A stretch of 64,000 bases of DNA from Camelus dromedarius (GCF_036321535.1 NC_087437.1:34474001-34538000); one strand, 5' to 3'. Counted from the first letter of the stretch, positions 1 to 12,028 are shown. The notes: generated by a model not told the origin, from the sequence alone. Made by a program: numbers and translations.

Positions 1-176
1 TGTTGGTCATTTTCAATCTTTATATTAATTATTCATGTTTTCTGCCCCTTTCCTGTTAGTTTTTATCTTTTTCTTAAAGATTTTAAGTGCCTTTTTTTTT
101 TTAATTTAAACTGTAAAGCAAATGTTACTGTTAATAAGTTAAAATACTGACCTTGCATGTGGAAACATTTCTGTAG

Positions 177-303
177 CGTTTATCGGAGCAAGAAGAATAT
201 TTGAATGTCCAAGTTAAGGAACTTGAAGCTAATGTTCTTGCTACAGCCCCTGACAAAAGAAAGCAGAAATTGCTAGAAGAAAATGTTAGTGCTTTCAAAA
301 CAG
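177..303 (+). CDS. SMC4: SMC4 condensin subunit, internal coding exon (8th from last)
   Basis: ctgtag|CGT acceptor, ACAG|gtatgt donor; 127 nt, phase 0 to 1; RLSEQEEYLNVQVKELEANVLATAPDKRKQKLLEENVSAFKT matches the recalled SMC4 coiled coil. Confidence 0.95.
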
Positions 304-494
304 GTATGTTTAATAAAGGGTACAGACTTTTTCCCTCCATGGTCAAACACAGGTTTGTAATTGAAATGTTTAACATAGCAGTTTGTAGAATAAAAAGTAG
401 CAGCTTACATATATTATATACGAGTGACCACTCTGTTTATGGTTTTTATTTCATTCTCAGAAAGTTATAAAGAGTTATTAAATTAAGTACTTAA

Positions 495-610
495 TTTGAC
501 AGATAAGAAAACTGAGACAGACTGATTTATATAATTTGCCCAAGGTCACACAGCATATAGAGGTGGTATAGGAATTCAGAACCAAGGCAGTTTGATTCTG
601 GAACCCATGC
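495..610 (-). mobile_element. MIR fragment
   Basis: acagataagaaaactgag...ttgcccaaggtcacacagc core. Confidence 0.75.
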
Positions 611-2028
611 AAAAGAAGGCAAGTACTGATTGTTTATCCCAAAGAACTAGTTGGAGTGGAGTTGGAGCAATTATCCAAATGTAAGTTTTTGTCGTCATAT
701 TCATCTGCATTTCTAATCTTGAGGCATTCACTCAAGTAGCATCTATTACTGACCAAGCTTTGTTTTAGGTGCTGTTGATCGAGCAGGGAAAAAAATGAAG
801 TCCCTCTTTTCAAGGAACTCACACTTAGGAGATGGGAAAACTAAACAAATACATTGCTTAGGAACCAGGAAAATGGGATGGGATGGAGATGGGGGAGTCC
901 AGATAGATGCAGCAGTTAGACAGGCCGCTGCTATGGGTATTTGAGCAGAGACCCAAAAATATGAGTGCAGATATAGATATTTGAGAGAAGAGCATTCCAA
1001 GAAGAATAGAGAGGACCAAGTAGAGCCCCTGAAGCACGAGTATGCCAGAAGTTTCTAGGAACACAAGGAAGCCAGAGTGGTTAGAGTAAAGGATGGAAGA
1101 ATCCAGAGAATAGAGCCTTACAGGCCATGTCTCCAGGTGAAATAGAAAGCCATTGAAGAGTGATGTACAGGGAAGTGGTATAATCTAACAGGAATTTTTT
1201 TTCTTTGCATTTATTTTGGATCCACATTTTGTTCTTGCAGATGCAAGAACTTCACCCTACTCCTCTTTCCCCACAATACCTACAATATTTGTTGTGACTG
1301 CTTTGATGGAATCTATTGGTCAATTAAAACACCAAAGTACATATCTTTGTCATTTATAGCAACACTTTAACAGAGAGACTATAGAAATCTGTATTTTATT
1401 CTTGTTTGAAAAGGGATCTGTGGGTTTATATCTCCTCTCATGGAAATGCTGGCTATTATTAGTAGACTCTGTTAATGTCTAACATGGAGGCCCATCTCTG
1501 CAAGTGTGGCTTTAAGATTAAATACTTCATTTTATATTAATTTAGATTTTAAAAATCTCTGGCTAATGTATAGAGAAGGGGAGCAAGGTGGTATAAAATT
1601 ACAAATTATGTAATGTCAGTTTTTCCCTCCTACTTCTAATAGACATGCTACTATAGATTTTTTTTTTAATTTTTTATGCATGGCAGATAGTTAAAAATAA
1701 GGAAAAAGATGTTTTAAAGGGTTGAACCCTTTCCAGTTACATACCTGGCCCATCACCCAGTATAAGTCGTGGTGCCAGATTCCACAGCAGCTGGGAACGC
1801 AGGGAACCAAGCACACAGGCAGCCTAATGGAACTTCAGCCACAGAGAACGTCACCACTGTGAGCAAAAATCTCCTTCAATAAATACAGTATCTTAGTATC
1901 CTTAGGAAAAAAGGAGATTCAGAAGACCGAAAAAAGGCAAGGCTTTGTTTTACTTGGCTTTTTTAAGAGCCAAGCGGTAATCTCAGAAGTATAAAAAATA
2001 GAGGTTGGAATTAAACTCAATAGATGGT

Positions 2029-2135
2029 GGGGGTGGTGGGTATAGTTCAGTTGTAGGGCGCATGCCTAGCATGCACAAGGTCCTAGGTTCAATCCTCAGT
2101 ACTGCCACTAAAATAATAATGTTAAAACTAAAAAA
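2029..2135 (+). mobile_element. Camelid tRNA-derived SINE (Vic-type)
   Basis: gggtatagttcagttgtagggcgcatgcctagcatgcacaaggtcctaggttcaatcc: A/B boxes plus A-rich tail; similar to six other copies in the window. Confidence 0.8.
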
Positions 2136-3423
2136 TGAATAATAGATGGGTCAAAATATCAGGCTAAAGAATTCTCTGATAATTAAGACAAAAAGATAAA
2201 CAGTTGTGAGATTTGGAGAATATTGAAATTCCAACCTACCTAACAGAAGAGAAGAGAGGAAGCAATAGTTAAGCCTTTATCTAATCTTTTTCTCTCATCA
2301 AACCCTACCTCCTTTCTCCTATGCTAAATGTTATATACCTCCCATTAGGAGCTTTATGGGAATCTCATTGCATAAGTTGGCTCGGTTTCTCTACCTTTCT
2401 AGGTATTCTTGATAGCTTGAACTTACATTTACTCATCCTTCTGTATATATATATATAGTGGTTATGATTCACCTATGGAGAGTAGGATCCACTCTGGCCA
2501 GTTGTAAGTAGGATTTGTGTAGCGCGTGTGTGTAAGAGAGTAAGATTGTTTATAGAGTAATTGTGATGGCTTAAGAAAAATTTTAGGTTGAACCTTCAAG
2601 AATATCCAGAGCAACTCTGCAGAGCCATCAAACAAGCTATACTGCCTCTTCTACAGTGGGAAAAGTCATTTTTCAAATTGGGAAGATGACACTACAACTG
2701 ACAACAGCAGAAGCACATTTGTACCTACTATAATCTACACCATCAGAGTTAATGCCACTGCCTGTCAATATTCACAAAGCTTTTGAGTGAACATTAGAGC
2801 CACTAACACTACCAAGAAAACTCAAGCTTTTCCATGACCACCAGCAGAAACATATTCAGTTCATCACTTTTGCCATCCAAATTGTGTGAATTCTTTTGAT
2901 TAAATGGACCTAAATTATGTGTGAACCCTAGGTACAAGGGAATCTAGGAGTATAACTTACGGCTTTCTGTGCCACAGAGAAAAATGCCACTTCTATCTCC
3001 CCCACTTTTTTTGTTATAAAGAGTAGAACTCTAGGTTAGCAGAATAAAATAACCACAATTTCTGCACCGTGGGCAATAGTTAGGCACGTAGCCTATCTAA
3101 GGGTAAAAATCATTAAGACCAACAGTCAAGAAAGTACCCTAAAGAATCTTTTTGAAAAGAGCTTCAGGGCATGCACCCATTAAGAAACGAGTTATGTTCA
3201 CAACTTAGCCAGAGAATTTAACCATGTGTTGTTACAATGCCTTTTGTTTTGACATAGGGTATTGTGGGTTTTGCATTTTGTTTTGTTTTTGAGATATGTT
3301 TCCTCAGATATCTTAAATTTCTTTTGTATGCATCAGGTTAAGTAATATTGATTGAAGAGATGTACATCTAATCCGTGATGCCTATTAGCCTAGAAACACG
3401 AATTAATTTTTTTTTTCCCCCAG

Positions 3424-3613
3424 AATATGACAATGTGGCTGAGAGAGCTGGTAAAGTGGAAGCTGAGGTTAAAAGATTACACAATATCATCGTAGAAATT
3501 AATAACCATAAACTTAAGGCCCAACAAGACAAACTTGATAAAATAAATAAGCAATTAGACGAATGTGCTTCTGCTATTACTAAAGCCCAAGTAGCAATCA
3601 AGACTGCTGACAG
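3424..3613 (+). CDS. SMC4: SMC4 coding exon (7th from last)
   Basis: ttcccccag|AA acceptor, AG|gtagag donor; 190 nt, phase 1 to 2; YDNVAERAGKVEAEVKRLHN...AIKTAD. Confidence 0.96.
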
Positions 3614-4731
3614 GTAGAGTATGCATACTGTTGTCTTCCTCTTCCCTACATCCACATTTGAAAAGGGGTTAATGTTTAATGTCCATTAAATGTTTCTGGT
3701 ACTGTTGCTTATTAAGCCTCTCTGATGTGTTATTACCTAGTAGGATTTTAATAGGTGGACACCTATAATAAACACCATTGACCAGTGTTTTAAAACTGAA
3801 AAACAGGTATGCCTTGGCAAAGTGTGGTTATATAACGCCCTTGTTAGGAGAACATAGAAATCAGAGCTTTGTTTCTCTGGCTTAGAGGAGTAGATGGTGA
3901 TTCATTTAAACAGATCTAGGTCTTAGGAGAATAAGAAAGATGAGATCTCTTAGCAAAATTGACTTAATAACTTAAATTTTTAATTAACCAGATTATTCCA
4001 TTGTCCCAAAAAGTTTTTAGTACATTCAAAATAGATCTTGTTTTTCACTAATTTTTAGAGTATTAAAGTATTTCTATAATAATTAAAGCTAAGTATGTAT
4101 ATAAAATGTTGAAATGTAAATAGCTGTTTCTTTTGTCTTAAAATTATTATATTGGTTGCACATTGATTGTCTGATTATTCAGTTACTGCAGTGTCTTTTG
4201 TTCAGAGATAAGGCTCTTAATAAGCCATTTGTTTTGCTTAAACAATTATCAAAGTAGAAGTAACTTTATTTAAGGGAAAAAATAGTTGTGTGTTTTGTCA
4301 TTGTCATCGTCATCCCATCCCCTGCTCCTCCCCGCTTCAGCACTTGTTTGTCCTGACTTGAACCAAGAGATATTTATTTATTTGAAGGTAAATCTTCATG
4401 AGTGTCAATACTTAAGAATCTCCAATCAGATAACAAAATGACAAGAATATAATAATCCAGTGAACAACTTTGCTTCATAGTCTAACATTGGATGATATGC
4501 AAAGATTACATAAGGCATTAATTTATACTGAGTTTCATAAAATATACATCCCACAAGTATATGTATAAACATATAAAAACAATTTAAGGATTTTAGTAAA
4601 TCATAAATTTTAAAATCTTTGATAGAAAAAATGTCACATTAATGTCTTGAAAAGTTCTTTGGTAGGTTTTCAGAAGCAGTATAACAAATCACACATTACC
4701 ACATTTTTAATACATCATTTTGCTTGTTTAG

Positions 4732-4876
4732 AAATCTTAAAAAAGCACAAGACTCTGTCTTTCGCACAGAGAAAGAAATAAAAGATACTGAGAAAGAAGT
4801 AAATGACTTAACAGCAGAGCTCAAAAGTCTTGAGGACAAAGCAACAGAGGTCATAAAGAATACAAATGCTGCAGAG
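4732..4876 (+). CDS. SMC4: SMC4 coding exon (6th from last)
   Basis: gtttag|A acceptor, GAG|gtaaga donor; 145 nt, phase 2 to 0; NLKKAQDSVFRTEKEIKDTEKE...TNAAE. Confidence 0.96.
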
Positions 4877-5154
4877 GTAAGACAAGGGGGAGGGGATGGA
4901 ATTTGAAGCAGCTAAGTTATAGATGACACCAGTACCTTGCATAGTAAACACTCAGTAGGTTAAAACATAACTATATTAACTTTTATCTGTACAGTAGAAA
5001 TGAATGCTGTATTGTAGCTTTTCTATAAATAAAAACATTTTAACTTTAAATGAAAGGGGAATGGGGAGAGATTGCTAATTTCTTCATCTTTCTAATGTGA
5101 AAATTCCTGTTCTATTTGGGAAGATCATCTGTAGCAGCTCTTCTTGGTTTTTAG

Positions 5155-5328
5155 GAGTCCTTACCAGAGATCCAGAAAGAACATCGTAACCTACTTCAAG
5201 AACTAAAAGTAATTCAAGAACATGAACACGCTCTTCAGAAAGATGCACTTAGTATAAAGTTGAAACTCGAACAAATAGATGGTCACATTAGTGAACATAA
5301 TTCTAAAATAAAATATTGGCAAAAAGAG
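5155..5328 (+). CDS. SMC4: SMC4 coding exon (5th from last)
   Basis: tttttag|GAG acceptor, GAG|gtgagc donor; 174 nt; ESLPEIQKEHRNLLQELKVIQEHEHALQKDALSIKLKLEQIDGHISEHNSKIKYWQKE. Confidence 0.96.
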
Positions 5329-5776
5329 GTGAGCCAATTATTACTGTTTGTTAAGTGTAACTTTAAAATATTCTTTTTGGAAAAGGGCTGGCTGGGGTTT
5401 TTGTGTATGTTTTTAAGGTATGTTGTGATTCTTAATTTCATTATATATAATCACTTCTCAGGTTTATAGGTGACATAATGAACAATATATAGTTATTACA
5501 TACAGAAAGATATGGGTAATGGTTTGAATTAGTCAACATTTTCACCCCAGGGCTGATAATGGATTTAACAAAAGGCTATCTGAACATTTGGGAACACTAC
5601 AACTGTTTTTCTTCAAGTCCTTTGAAAAATAGTTGATACACAGATTAATCACCACTTCTTAGTATATGTTGTTCTAATAGATAGGTAATTTGTCATATTA
5701 ATTTGGGGGGTTTTATTTTTAGCAATGAATTATAATATTGTTCCTTTCCTAACACTCATCTAAATTAAACTTTTAG

Positions 5777-5959
5777 ATTGCAAAAATATCATTGCATCCC
5801 ATAGAAGATAATCCTGTTGAAGAGATCTTAGTTCTAAGCCCAGAGGATCTTGAAGCAATCAAAAACCCAGACTCTATAACAAATCAGATTGCGCTTTTGG
5901 AAGCTCAATGTCATGAAATGAAACCAAACCTTGGTGCCATTGCAGAGTATAAAAAGAAG
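5777..5959 (+). CDS. SMC4: SMC4 coding exon (4th from last)
   Basis: cttttag|ATT acceptor, AAG|gtacga donor; 183 nt; IAKISLHPIEDNPVEE...KPNLGAIAEYKKK. Confidence 0.96.
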
Positions 5960-6104
5960 GTACGAATGATCTATTCATGTGTAATGGTCAGAAAGTCTCT
6001 TTACTCCTTAGTCTAAATTGTGGCCTTTAATTTTATATAATTAGTAGTGTTAATTCTCATCTCAAATGTATAACTGAACAGATGTTTTTCTCATATTTTC
6101 ATAG

Positions 6105-6337
6105 GAAGAGTTATATTTACAACGGGTAGCAGAATTGGACAGAATTACTAATGAAAGAGATAATTTTAGACAGGCATATGAGGATCTTCGGAAACAAAGG
6201 CTTAATGAATTCATGGCAGGTTTTTATGTAATAACAAATAAGTTAAAGGAAAATTACCAAATGCTTACTTTGGGAGGTGACGCTGAGCTGGAGCTTGTAG
6301 ACAGCTTGGATCCTTTCTCTGAAGGAATCATGTTCAG
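6105..6337 (+). CDS. SMC4: SMC4 coding exon (3rd from last)
   Basis: ttcatag|GAA acceptor, CAG|gtttgt donor; 233 nt, phase 0 to 2; EELYLQRVAELD...LTLGGDAELELVDSLDPFSEGIMF. Confidence 0.97.
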
Positions 6338-6873
6338 GTTTGTAATTACACATATGCTGAGTTTTTGGCTCCTTCTGTTACATACCTCTACATAGTCTCC
6401 AAACTTAGTATTTTTTAGGGGTAGGATGTGAAGGTTAGGTCTACAACTTGATTTATTCGATAAATATTAGTTTGATTACATTTTGGCAGTTTACAGCTTC
6501 AATTCTAGGCAAACAGTAAATACCTGCTTTTACAGAATATTTGTCTAGTTCATCTTTTAATTTTCAAGCCATTTCAGTTTAACATCAGGATTTTCAAATT
6601 ACAAAGCAAAAAACTGCATTGGAAACAGGGGAAGAGTAGCAAGAATTACTTGCTGGCCTGCTGTTTAAATCTTAAATTTTTGGTAGGTGTTCTTATGTCA
6701 TCCTCCAATAACGTTGTTATAAAAGAACCCCCCAAAAGCTTAGATCAGTGAAATACAAATTAGAGATTCCCAAAGAAGGTGGTAGAAGCCAGTTATAGGA
6801 AACAAATCATGAAGTCTTCACTTCAGTTTTATGAGTAATTTGACTTATAAAGAGATTTTCTTAATTATTTCAG

Positions 6874-7057
6874 TGTTCGACCACCTAAGAAAAGTTGGAA
6901 GAAGATCTTCAACCTTTCAGGAGGAGAGAAAACGCTTAGTTCATTGGCTTTAGTATTCGCTCTTCACCACTACAAACCCACTCCTCTGTACTTCATGGAT
7001 GAGATTGATGCAGCCCTTGATTTCAAAAATGTGTCCATTGTTGCATTTTACATATAT
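6874..7057 (+). CDS. SMC4: SMC4 penultimate exon with ABC signature, Walker B and D-loop
   Basis: tttcag|T acceptor, TAT|gtaagt donor; 184 nt; VRPPKKSWKKIFNLSGGEKTLSSLALVFALHHYKPTPLYFMDEIDAALDFKNVSIVAFYIY. Confidence 0.98.
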
Positions 7058-7492
7058 GTAAGTAATCATTTAGAGGTTTTCATTCTGAAAATTTTATGGC
7101 TTCTCTAAACATTACACATGGTATTCTTTGACTTCTTTTGAGCTTTTTTCCCCTATTCTTTAATCCCACGTTCCATGGTATCAAAGGAGACCAAGTCGTT
7201 TATATAAGCCAAGTAGTTCCATTTTGAAAAAGTAAAATATAAATGGATAATGTAAATTAGTAGCAGAAACACAGCTAGAATCTCCAGTCCTCCTAGATCT
7301 TTTTTCCACCAAGGACCCAAATTGTTCTCAAACCCAAATACTGTTTCATGAATTATTATCATCATTCTTGTTCATGTTAATTATCAGTGTTGAATTTATT
7401 GCCCAAGAATGTATCAGGGAAGTAAAACTTAGATATTTATTATGATTTACATATTACTTATTTTTTCTAATTTATTCTTTCTTTCTTTTTAG

Positions 7493-7645
7493 GAACAAAC
7501 AAAAAATGCCCAGTTCATAATAATTTCTCTTCGAAATAATATGTTTGAGATTTCAGATAGACTTATTGGAATTTACAAGACATACAATATAACAAAAAGT
7601 GTTGCAGTAAACCCAAAAGAAATTGCATCTAAAGGACTTTGTTAA
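7493..7645 (+). CDS. SMC4: SMC4 last coding exon including TAA stop
   Basis: long pyrimidine tract then ag|GAA; EQTKNAQFIIISLRNNMFEISDRLIGIYKTYNITKSVAVNPKEIASKGLC*. Confidence 0.98.
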   Translation, partial: EQTKNAQFIIISLRNNMFEISDRLIGIYKTYNITKSVAVNPKEIASKGLC

Positions 7646-7802
7646 ATTTGTTTATAATTAAGATTCCTCAAATTGAATCAGCATAGATTCAGCATATTTT
7701 TACTATTTGTAAAGAGTTATAAATTGTATAAAATACATATTCCTAAACTGGATCGTGTAACTGGTTACCATTTTATGCTGTTAAGAGACATGCTACAAGT
7801 CC

Positions 7803-7808
7803 AATAAA
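7803..7808 (+). terminator. Candidate proximal SMC4 poly(A) signal
   Basis: AATAAA about 160 nt downstream of the SMC4 stop. Confidence 0.55.
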
Positions 7809-8879
7809 ATATTCTCTATACCTGCTTCTAGGAGATTGTAAGAATCTGACAATTTTATAAGCAGACAACTTTGGAGAAAGTAAAATGCCTGGAGGGTCAG
7901 GTAACTTGCCCTTAGTTCCAAACGGCTACCTGCAGAGTTTAAAAATGTTGATGAGTAGTAAAGTTCTAAAGTAGATCACAGTACCAAGACCTGAAGCACA
8001 TCTTCCTGGACCTATGACCCACGCTGGAAAAGCCTGCCAACTACTGTTGTAAAAATGTTAAGGTATTCTACTTAACTGACTAATTTAATTTAGATAATCA
8101 CTATTTACAACCCACAGACTGGGAACATTTTTTTTTAAACCAGTCATTCTGAATTATAAGGATGAGAACTTAAATATTATACATTCTTTTCTAAAACCTG
8201 ATGTGCTTGAAACGCTTGCAGAAGAGCCAGCAAACTGAGACACTGTCTGAAATAACTAGCATATAAGGATTAATTTCTTAGTATAAATGGAAATTAAGAT
8301 AGAGTGCTGTGTGCCCATCAGATTGTCAAGGGTTTTTTGTTGTTGCTGTGTTACACTCTTATTAGTTCAAGAATATTATAATGCTCCTGGAAATAAGTTG
8401 GCAGCCACTTGGTTTTCAGAAGAAATTTTGGTATTGAATCAAAAGTCTTTGCCTTAGCTATTCAATTTCTAGATACTGATCCTGAGGAATTTAAGAGTTA
8501 TCTCCTTACTCAGTGCACCATTGTTTAAAAGTACTAAAAGCTCCAACAAAGACAGTTTGTATCATAACATAGCTATTAAAAATGTAAATACATTACCATG
8601 GACTTAAATAAAACAAGATCTAAAACTCAAGCATGGTTAGTTGTTTTAAATCAAGATTATACAAGGGAAAAGTAACAGGGGGAAGTATAATATAATCAAG
8701 CGTTTTTATATTGGTGAGCGCAGAGGTGAATGGAATTAATATATTTTAATAACCAATGGAGTAGAAGAGCTTAGTATTAACTTTAAGAGTTACAGATAAT
8801 AGCCCATAGCCAATATGAAAATTCCAAAGCAACCAACTGCTCCTGAGTTTGAGCACCTTATATTAAGCCACTCAATGCA

Positions 8880-8907
8880 AATAAAATACCAAAATGAGTT
8901 TATTAAA
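8880..8907. terminator. Cluster of convergent poly(A) signals (candidate distal SMC4 and TRIM59 3' ends)
   Basis: + AATAAA 8880-8885, - AATAAA (tttatt) 8899-8904, + ATTAAA 8902-8907, between two convergent genes. Confidence 0.5.
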
Positions 8908-10816
8908 ATACATACTTTTGTTATACATAAACCTGAGAAATATTTCAAGATTATATACTTTAAATTTTACAATCTCATCCTCCTGGTAAAAATACAAAAG
9001 AGAACAGCATTTATAAGAATCAGTTATTTGTATCCTTGACTGTATTCATGCACACTACATAGAAAGTATCCAAAAATAAACTTTTGTCTACTAAAAACTG
9101 GCAAGTTACAAAATATTAATGTCAAACCTAAAACGCTTCAATTTTTAGTGTAGTTCTTAGACATAGATTAGAAACTAATTTAATAAAAATCTTGGCTTAA
9201 ATCCTTTAAAGGTAGCACGACAGATGAACTCTAAAGAATACATTGGGTCTTTCATATACTAGATATATGGCTTTGAGCAAGCACTTTAGTGTCTGTCTCC
9301 TCATCTACAAAAAGCAAGGGTTAATACCTACTTCACAAATGTGAGATTAAATGTTTGGCACATTTCAGTGCTTACTAATACTTACACATGTATTCCAAAA
9401 CGTACATGGCGTTTATGTTGTGACTAGTACTTAAATCAGTGCAACTTCAGTCTACAGTGAGTGTGTAGCTGAATACCTCCATTATACCCTCCAAATGTTC
9501 TTTGCCCACACAACAGTTAATCATGCTATTCTGATTCTGATCATAAGTTGACAATACAGCCAAGCATCTTCGTACTCAGATTTGTTCTCAGCAGATAAGA
9601 CATTAGGAATATTTTAGAACTGGTGTCCTGATTACAGCCATGTTATCTATAGGAGCAGGAGCATTCCCTAATCCGACCTGGGAAGTCTGAACTGCAGATG
9701 TGATCTAAGAACAACAGCTAATTTGGAATTTCTGGAAAGCAAATGAGCTTGCACTTAGGGTTGTATGGACAGAGAGGCAAAAAGTCCTACCACAAAGCAC
9801 CACAACTCCAGTCACTGTTAATAAAACGGGAACTAAATCAAAGGGATTTGACTTAAAGTAGGCTCCCTTTATACCAAAATTCAAGAACGTAAGATTATTG
9901 ATACTTTGGCATTAGAGTAAGAGAAAGTTTGACAGAAAAATTTAAGACAATTTTAAAGACATGCAGAACATGATGCCGTCAGTCTGATAAGGGTGGAATA
10001 TATCGGTAATATCTGTTCTAGTACCATGTTTCAGAGTTTTTATCCAAGAACTGATTTGACTGACAAGACTGAAGACTGCACAAAAGTCGAATACAATCCT
10101 AAAATAAATTAACACAAACCACAGAATAACAACGGTTAGAAAATGTTACTGTTTGGTCCCTAACAGCACTTTGGATTTCCAAAAGCAATAATTTAATTAG
10201 GAATGAATGTTGATAAACATTTTAAGGCTCTTAAGTTTACCTAAAACACATTAATGTGTGGATCAGGTACATCTGATCAAACACATTTTTAACATAAGCA
10301 ACCCCTATCACTTTGAGATTTTGCTGCTTGAATTTAAAACCTCTTCTCACCATCCTTATTTGCCCATTCAAGTGTCAAGCCACATCAAAATAAAGGCTTA
10401 CACCTTTCAGGATTTCACTTTTTAATTAAAAGCTACATATACACAGAAGTGCAAAGCCAACCACTGCAGTATATAATGCTAAAGGAGTATTAGTACAAGA
10501 ATGTTTAAATGTCACAGTGATATTGTCAACCTCTCAAACCAGTAAAAGTGGGATAATGTATTAATACTCAAATCAAGTAATTACCAGATTTTATTCTGGT
10601 TTTCAGAAAACCAGACATTCTGTCTCATTTCTAACTTTTGATGACACTTTCTATTCAACAGAAGCATAAAAGGTTTAACATTTCTATATTTGTTACAACT
10701 AATAATGTTTAGCTTGCTATTTTATTTGTCCATGCTACCCCATTCCTCCGTTTAACTGTGGTTGTTAGTCTCTGCTGTATAGAATAAGCCTATTTAAATA
10801 ATTCAGACTTGAATTT

Positions 10817-12028
10817 TCAACGAGAAATTATTTTCCACATGAATTCCTTCAGTAAATATAAAGTGTGACACAGTATATTCTTTAAATCATGCAGATTGTT
10901 AGATAAACTTTGGTAAACAGATAGAGAGACTTCAGAAAAACATACTGAAGTGATTTCATTTAAAAAAGTTATTATGCGATGGTTAGAAAAGAGGATCAGC
11001 ATCAGTATCACTGAAATTAGTGTAACTATAACAATGTTTAGAATCTTAAAAAATTCAACTTCTTTTTTATCTTTATCAGGCCAGGAACATGGCATCCTTT
11101 TTGAAGAAATTTTCATTTCAGGAATGAGAAGTTTCTTAATTTGTCCAATTTCTGTTCTGCTCCAATCTTCTTTCAATACTTGGCTTACTCGGGGATAAAT
11201 TTCAACAGGTTGGACCTCAGGAAGTGGTCTTTGTTTCAAGATCTGCACACGCTGGCGGACATCATCAACTTTTTCAAGAAATTTAAGTGGAGACTCTTCT
11301 TGTAAAGATGTTGTCAATGTCATTAATTCAAGCTGCTGCTCTCTCATTTCTTTCATTCTTTCAATTTGTGGAGTATATTCTTGATTAATCAGATTGCCAA
11401 CATCACAAAGAGCAGTTAGGAAACATTTTTTTTTCTGTTCTAATGTATCACTAAGCTCCTTAAAATACTGGAGAACAACTTCCTTATCACCTTGGACCAT
11501 TTTCTCCGAATGAGATTTTTGTTCTTCCAGCTTTTCAATAAGACGAGTAAGATCTGTCCAGTGTGTGTCTGTTAACTGTTCAACCAGTTTTTGAGGTGTG
11601 TCCCTTTCTTTCATATAGGCGCTCTGAAGATCATCTATAGGATGGCCAAGATGTTGACCTATGGTAAGGCAGTGACCACAAACTAATTTTTTATCCAGTA
11701 GACAGTAAACATTTAATGGCTGCCTGTAATGCTCAGGGCAGGTGACAATATCCGGATGGTCTTCTTGCTGGTACTTTTCAATAATAGCCCTTAATGCAAA
11801 ATTAACAGGTAAAGATTCAATACCAGTTGGAGCAATTTCAATAATACTTCTGCAGTTAGGGCACTTAAGAGGAATTCGTAAAGGTCTCCATATATAAAAG
11901 TTGCCAGATGCCTGTAGAACGTTTTCCAAGCAATTTCTACAAAATGTATGAGAGCATGGTAGTACACGAGGATCTTCAAAAATACTGTAACAAATGGGAC
12001 ATGTTAACTCATCCTCAAAATTGTGCAT
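10817..12028 (-). CDS. TRIM59: Tripartite motif protein 59 (RING, B-box, coiled coil, C-terminal TM), 403 aa, single coding exon
   Basis: Intact ORF; RING CPIC...CSHTFCRNC...CPNC; B-box CPEH...CLLD...CGHC...HLGH; hydrophobic ILNIVIVTLISVILMLILF; splice acceptor cctttttctcttgacag|GAAATG 3 nt before the ATG (exon starts 12031). Confidence 0.98.
   Translation of the reverse strand: MHNFEDELTCPICYSIFEDPRVLPCSHTFCRNCLENVLQASGNFYIWRPLRIPLKCPNCRSIIEIAPTGIESLPVNFALRAIIEKYQQEDHPDIVTCPEHYRQPLNVYCLLDKKLVCGHCLTIGQHLGHPIDDLQSAYMKERDTPQKLVEQLTDTHWTDLTRLIEKLEEQKSHSEKMVQGDKEVVLQYFKELSDTLEQKKKCFLTALCDVGNLINQEYTPQIERMKEMREQQLELMTLTTSLQEESPLKFLEKVDDVRQRVQILKQRPLPEVQPVEIYPRVSQVLKEDWSRTEIGQIKKLLIPEMKISSKRMPCSWPDKDKKEVEFFKILNIVIVTLISVILMLILFSNHRIITFLNEITSVCFSEVSLSVYQSLSNNLHDLKNILCHTLYLLKEFMWKIISR

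Noticed and set aside
1735..1890. Moderately GC-rich intronic segment ending in AATAAA, possible retrocopy fragment
   Set aside because: No recognisable protein, poly(A) tail or TSD; needs BLAST
5152..5157. NAGNAG-like acceptor TAG GAG in SMC4
   Set aside because: GAG acceptors are rarely used; the effect would be loss of one Glu
1..7645. miR-15b/miR-16-2 cluster known to be hosted by SMC4
   Set aside because: It lies in an early SMC4 intron upstream of this window; no matching hairpin seen here
11640..11655. TRIM59 B-box HLGH versus recalled human HHGH
   Set aside because: The changed residue is not one of the H-x2-H zinc ligands; the motif is intact
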